This document shows, piece by piece, positions 57,638-64,000 of a DNA stretch of 64,000 bases. The number at the start of each line of letters is the position of its first letter. Position 1 is the first letter of the stretch. The notes below the pieces were generated by a model. The model was given only the letters and a program-made list of their open reading frames with translations, did not search any database and was not told the DNA's origin. The DNA lies in contig OZ037767.1 of NCBI GenBank assembly GCA_964035545.1, positions 3,736,707 to 3,800,706 of the forward strand. The letters run 5' to 3'. Made by a program: the position numbers and the translations under genes. The stretch comes from Bugula neritina (taxonomy: Eukaryota; Animalia; Bryozoa).

Positions 57638-59821
57638 AGAGAAGACAATCATCATCTGAATAGCTGCAAGAGAGAGGACAACTACAAAAAACTTATATCT
57701 ACAGCTTCAATATTGCAATGAATGCTGAATAAAGAAAGAACACAACTACTAAATTAAATAAACTATTTAGTAAAAATGTAAAAAAATGGTGATTGAAAGC
57801 TAAGAGTTATTAGGCAATATTTATTTACATTGCACATTCAGTAACAAGCTATGAAATAACAGTTTTCAATAACGGTGGATTAGTATTGCAATATGGTACA
57901 CTGGAAAATTTACCTCAATACTGTATTTTATCTTTTGATTTTACATTCTACAAACAAAACCACTGGCAATGAATGTATGACGTATAACTTATGTAATTTT
58001 TGAAATACAAAGTGTGTTGTGCGAAAAACTCTAACATGACAAAGTCGCTAAATGACTTCTTTTATCCCCAAACTTATTTGTAAATATCTGTCTTACCAAA
58101 GCAGCATTATTTATACACAGTTTATTTTATACTTCAATAATATTAACTTTTATATCCATGTGCATGAAGCTGGCTTTTTGAAAAATAAATGTCACTGAAT
58201 TTATGAATTTCTAACACATTTATGTATAAAATCAATATTTAGAATAGAATTACTACCATGTTATTAGATTTTGAGCTTAAATGTATAATAGCTTCTTCAA
58301 GTGTTAGACTTGATGATGGACTATGGAAAACCATGTATTGTACAGTGAAAAGCAGATTAGTGTTACATCACAGATCTGGCTTCACTACGAGCTGTCTCAT
58401 AACGAGTTGTATATAAAGTTAGTAAAATTACTCTGCTAAGGCATATATACTGAATAATCCAAATTTATTAGCTCTGCTACTCCCTGTATACAGCTTTTGA
58501 AGCCAGCCAATTGGCAGCTTTAGATTTTTCTGAGAATGAAGGCAGGTGTTAAAAAGTAGAAAGTGTGGAGTTGCTCCAAATGTGTTGAAACATTTGAGGT
58601 ATCTGTCTATGTGAGACAATAAATGCCAATAGCCTTTCAGAATGAAGAGAAGTTATGAATAGTAAGAGTGTAATGGGATTGTTTACACTTCACTGATTAA
58701 GAAATATATTATTATATAGAAAATTCCCAAAGCTTTACTACACACTGATGAGTAGGTCACTGTATTGGAAAAGAATAAATTACTAAGATTGGAATGTTTT
58801 TGTTAACTTATTTTATTCATTGAATATCAACATAAAAATTAATGGCTATGTAAAGATTTTATGCAGGCATGTATAATATGACCTTCAAGCGCACCAATAT
58901 TGCAATTATACCCACAATAATCTCTCATAATAAAAATGTTCAACTAGAAATTTTCTTTAAACGGTGGTATAAACATGAAGTGCTAACAAATATACAGTGG
59001 AAAGACAGAAGACTTGTGCTTCAAGGTAGTCATAAATTAAAGTTAAGAAATCACAAAATATATCCAATTGTAACCCAGCTAGAAACAATACAAATGTATA
59101 AGAAAATTGCATTTGACTGAACATTCAAATATTAGTGTAAGTTGAACAAAACGCATTGTAAATAGTAATTCAATGAATAATTCATTAACAAAGTCATCAG
59201 ATGTCATTTTGTTCACATTTAGCTAAATATCTGAGGCATGTCAGGAGAGACAAACACTAATTGAACCGCTGCATTACAAAGACAAAATAAAAATTCACAA
59301 GAACTGAATTGTAGTGGAAGCATGAGAATGACATTAAAAGTTGAAGCACCTAGTATATCGTGTATTCTCACTGAAGGAGATGTGGAAGAGGGGAACAAGA
59401 TGTGGTGAAGAGTAGATCCAGAGTGGGATAGGTATGAGTTTCATCATTATTGCACAGTTTACAAAAAAGTCATTAAATTATTTATAAGCACTATCAGTCA
59501 TTGATAAATAGGAGTAAAGCCACTACAGAGGTGTGATTGGCAGGTGTGAATATCACAGTAGGCTGCGTAGTACAACAGTGTTGAGGGCTAGTTCAGCTCC
59601 ATTCACTTGACTTGGTTTAATGAAAGTAGTATTGCAGACTATTTCCGTTTGCATGGGAACTAGTGGAAGAATATTGCGAGCTCATTGGCTGGCCCAACAA
59701 GGCTCAACTCATGTAACCTATCCCAGTATGCAACGGGACAACCAAAGTTATCTTTATTCACTCATCCAAATCTTAATATACCACAGTTGGAGTAAGCCTC
59801 AAACAAATGGGCTAATTTCGT

Positions 59822-60121
59822 CCACTGTTCACACATTACCAAATCGTATGGTGTAACGTAAAATAGCAGTCATTTTTACAAATGTCTGAGCTTCCTCTAC
59901 GGTGCTACGGTACGTTAGGATCAAGCACTGCTTGATTCAAACTAATTGCGGCAGGTTTCTATTGAACAGAACAACTTTTGCGTCAGCTCATTGGATAAAA
60001 TTGTCCAATGAGGTGTGTTATATCTTACCTAATAGCGGACTTTGTAAACTTCAGCCCGGACACATTAAAGATGGCTGCTATTTTACGTTACTACATACGG
60101 TACGGTAATGTGTGAACGGGG
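59822..60121. mobile_element. Second copy of the ~300-bp MITE, ~250 bp downstream of the FoxN2/3 stop codon
   Basis: Collinear with 9916-10216 (catttttacaaatgtctgagcttcct, cactgcttgattcaaa, ctcattggata...ttgtccaatga, cctaatagcggacttt, aacttcagc); TIR gttcacacattacc / ggtaatgtgtgaac. Confidence 0.88.
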
Positions 60122-60371
60122 AGGGAGGGGGGTTAGGGTTTTTTGCATGCAAGAGAAGATAAACCTATGTTTGTACTAAACTGATTATAGGGAAGGTTGC
60201 CTACATACAAATACAATGTCATAAAAGCTGATAAATGGGTAGGCATAATATGTTGACAATGCGCTAATTCTCATGCCATCACTACTTGCTATATGTATAT
60301 GTGTTAGATGCACTAGTATATCTGTATATGCAGGTATGTACAATGATGTAAATCTCATTACATCACACGGT

Positions 60372-63300
60372 TTACGGCCAATTCTTCTTTCTTCGGGAAG
60401 AGCCAGTCATTGCTCTGGTGACGGGACCCCTACCAGGTTTAGTCGAAGTTTTCCCCATTGTCTCTACGGAGCCTTTTCGCTTGCCTAATGCTGCATCATC
60501 CTTTTTGTTTATGCTCTCCTTTTTGCTTGCATTCTCCTTTTTGTTTGAGTTCTCCTTTTTCCTTTCTTTCTCTTTTTTGCTTTCGCTCTCTTTTTTGTTC
60601 ACCTCTTTGATTTTGTTTGTGTCCTCCATTTTGTTTGTGTCCTTCACTTTGTTTGTGTCCTCCATTTTGTTTGTGTCCTTCACTTTGTTTGTGTCTTTCA
60701 CTTTGTTTGTGTCCTTCACTTTGTTTGTATCCTCAATTTTGCCAGCGTCCTCCATTTTGCTTGCGACGGTGCTGGTGACTATAGAAGCAAACTTTAGCAA
60801 AGCATCTGCCCCTTCCAGCTCCTTTCCTTGGTCCACCTGTAAAGACAGTTATGGACAAACTGCATTACTCGCACCACACATTGGGCATAGTAATCACACT
60901 GAGTCCCAATGATAAACACTATAGTTGCGTTTATACCTTCACGATTTTCGGTCAAAAATTCAATTTGGCCGGGTTGAAATTTCTCCGAGTTGCATTGCAT
61001 TGTAAAAGCCACTCGTAAAAATTTTTGTACTGTGATAACTTAATCGGCCAATTTTAGAATAGGAGTAATAACTCCTTGTAAACATCGTTATTTAGTTATT
61101 ACTTTGGCGATTAGACAACGTACTTATACGGTTATAATTATATAGCCTACGCCTTCTCAATTATCGCTTTCATGCTTTCCGCTTCACTAATTCACGACGT
61201 TTACAAAGGGCATCAAATAGCTATTATGCGAGTCAAATTTCAATTTCAGAAAGTGAGCAACCGCATCAATATGATTTCAACGAGTTTCAGTTTGACTATA
61301 AAGGGGCACCCGGACAAGCATTATTAACTTAAACTCGGTACTTTTTTCAGCAGAGGTATAAACGCAACTTAACTTAGACCCCAACTAAAGATGACAATCA
61401 CTAAAACCATCATTTAAATTTAAAATGCCGAATAAAAAAGATCAAACAACTCCCAAGAATTTGTTTGTTGAGTTGACATTTCAATGTTTACAAAGTATGA
61501 AGTCTTATTAATAATTACTGTCAACTTTCACCATGCTGAAAATAGCACCACAGCAAATGCCACAAAATCGAATGAAAAGACACACTTCTACGCTCTAAGT
61601 AAAAGGGATAGAAAGGAAAGCGATGACCTCACCTCCATGCTCATTTCCTCTTCCTCTTCGGGGTCAAACTCGTCTCCACTCACCAACTCCACTTCATCCT
61701 CTTCTTCGAGTTCATCTTCCTCGACGTCATCTTCCATCGCCTCGTTAAACTCGTACTCTCCGTCAATACTGGAGCTTCCGGGTGACCCGAGGAGTCCCTT
61801 AGGCACTATACTGGCACTGAAATATAATACGCACATATCTAAAGGCAGCATGTAAAAAGGGAATAAGAAGGCAGCATTGAGAAGGCAGCATGTAAAAGGG
61901 AATAAGAAGGTGGTAGCATTGAGATAGAACAGTAAACAGTGTAGACTTAGAAGATATCTGTATTTGTAGGACAAGCAATGTCACAACAAACATTGAATAA
62001 CCAAACAAGCTGATGGTTGCCACGGAAACATACTACAAGAATTACTGAGAGGTTGACAGCAGTAAGAGAGACTTCAACCCTGCTGACAAGGCCATCAGCG
62101 GCAGATAAAGGAGAGCATACCTGTAGGTGTGGTCCATTGTTGGCACTTCAGTTATGATGATTGGGGAGGTGGCGCGACGGCTCCTCCTTGTCGTCCTCGC
62201 CTTGTCCTCCGAACTGCCGAACTCTGGAGGACTCGGGGATCTGGAGCGACTTCTCTCTCGCGCATTGAATGGCCTTGACCTGCCTTCTGCACACAAAAGA
62301 TGCTACTAAACAGTGTGTATCGCGCTCATATCTCTCTGTGTAAGTAACATTTTTGAGAAAAAAGAAACCATTTTGAAAGTGATTCACTGATACTAGTCCC
62401 TGCACAAAATACATGTTTAGTCTATAAAATAACGCGCATCAGACTGTTCAACTCGCTACGTGAAACTATAACTAACGTGAACAGAAACGTAAAAGTGGGA
62501 AAGCAAAGAGGAAAATCTTAGACCAACTTACTGTGTCGGATAGCAGAGCGGGTCAAGGGTGATTTCTTTAAGGAAACTAGTGCTTTCGCTACATCAATAT
62601 CAGTGTCTAAATAATAGAGAGAGGTGACAACTCATAAACATACAGCTCAGTGTAACACTAAATATATAAATTAATTTAAATCATAGTTGAAAACCCGTGT
62701 GATATCACTTTAAGTAGCGACATGGAGATGAATATCCACTAAGCCGAAGTGGCATACTTTACAAGTTGATACTTAGCAGACCAAAGTACAAATGATCCGG
62801 CAAATTACAGTAAATAGACCTTTTTCCAACATCCCTTGCGTTCAATTTATAATTGAGAGTTATGCCCTCTTAGCAAGTACATACTAATGTCAAGTTTCTA
62901 TTAACCAGAGTGGCGACAGCTAGCACAATGAGTCATTATTGGGGTTTATATCCTAGCTGCCACTTTAGCACTTTCCAACAAACAAATGACTAAATGCTTT
63001 CAATTTAATTTTTGTTTTTACAAGACATTATGAAAACATATTAAATAATTTATTGAAATACTAATATGTGTGCTACTACCAAAATATTTATTTCCTAAAA
63101 GAACAAGTATATATAGCATAGCAGTCAAACTTTAAAGCTTTATTTAGACTACTCTATATAATAAGGTTAAAGTGAGTACCACTACAGGGGCACAACTCTC
63201 AATTGCAAATTGGAACATTGAGAAAAGGACTATTATAGCGAGATCAGCTAATGAGTTACTATTCAGCGTAATTTCACAAACTCAAGAAATTCCAACACCA

Positions 63301-63844
63301 AACAGCTGACTGACTGAAAACAGGTGAGATTGTTGCGGCATCCCGAGTCTCACCAAAGAACATGGAATATGCCGGAAGGGCTTACACCGAGGAGGCAGTG
63401 TAAAGCCAGAGCACACAAACCAAACCCCTCACAGGACAGCGCACACAAATCAATAGGCCATGGTGAAAGGACGGGCAACAGACGCTGAAAGAACAGAGGC
63501 TACAATAAGGTGTGTACATACCTAGACTATCCGACTGAGGCTTATTAAGGTGCTTGCTGAGAAAGGGAAACAGATCTACAACAGACAACATGGCGGACTG
63601 AGAAACACACATGGATCTGATGTAACAAAACTTTAAAGACAGTAAAACTGGTTGATACAATCATGACAGAGAAAGTAAATACACACTAGTGTTTGTGTAA
63701 AGTGACCGATAGTATAAACTCATATACATTTATAACGGCAGCAGGATTATAAATCCGACCAATGAAATAGTGACACACTTACGTGGCGACACGTTGTTGT
63801 GAGGCGAACCGAACCTGTTAATGAAGGGATTCTTAGAAGGCGTC
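60372..63844 (-). CDS. FoxN2/3: FoxN2/3 (CHES1-like) forkhead transcription factor, 3' part; the forkhead domain lies beyond the window end. Exons 63844-63783, 63575-63522, 62606-62532, 62286-62121, 61816-61633, 60836-60372
   Basis: The spliced C-terminus has, in order, DTDIDVAKALVSL, PTMDHTYSA, SSSIDGEYEF, an acidic tract and ELEGADALLKFA. These match FOXN3 motifs recalled as DPDIDAASAMMLL, PKEDHNYSS, SSSADDHYEF and EMKEAAGSLLHLA. Intron phases are consistent. Confidence 0.8.
60590..60760 (-). repeat. 18-bp coding minisatellite in the last FoxN2/3 exon
   Basis: Encodes (K/E)DTNK(V/M/I) x~7. Confidence 0.9.
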
Positions 63845-64000
63845 CTGTAAGTCAAACAAAGCATGGTAAGTAACAGCAAATACTGTAAGTCACTGCAGAT
63901 AACATTCACACAGTATGAGTATTCCAAGAGATACAGGGGCAGACAATTCACACTCACATATTATTTAGAGGTGATACTGACATCATTTGCAGCTGATGGT

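Noticed and set aside
60418-60912. 164-aa hydrophobic plus-strand ORF
   Set aside because: Antisense shadow of the Lys/Glu-rich repeat exon of FoxN2/3.

Overview
AT-rich, intron-rich eukaryotic (animal) DNA; gene content and intron style suggest a marine invertebrate, possibly a lophotrochozoan (inference only). Splicing GT-AG exons by hand gave nine protein-coding genes. (1) Most of a sigma-like glutathione S-transferase (+, 1-1338). (2) A compact Enhancer of zeste/EZH (+, 13 coding exons, ~648 aa). (3,4) Two tandem, diverged genes with intronless CDSs: RING-HC + probable beta-propeller + C-terminal TM helix (-). (5) A 14-exon secreted ~709 aa protein of unknown function with His-pair motifs (+). 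(6) MCM5 (+, 16 exons). (7) YPEL5/yippee (-). (8) An 11-exon YeeE/YedE (TsuA/PmpAB-like) sulfur-compound transporter (+). (9) The 3' part of FoxN2/3 (-). There are also two copies of a ~300 bp TIR MITE (TTA target duplication) and many mini- and microsatellites. The most striking non-genic pattern is that many introns carry their own private tandem repeat starting or ending at a splice site, often with the unit copying the exon/intron junction. The most interesting genes are the membrane-anchored RING-propeller pair, the intron-rich animal YeeE/YedE transporter and the secreted His-motif protein. All assignments come from motif recognition; no database search was run.
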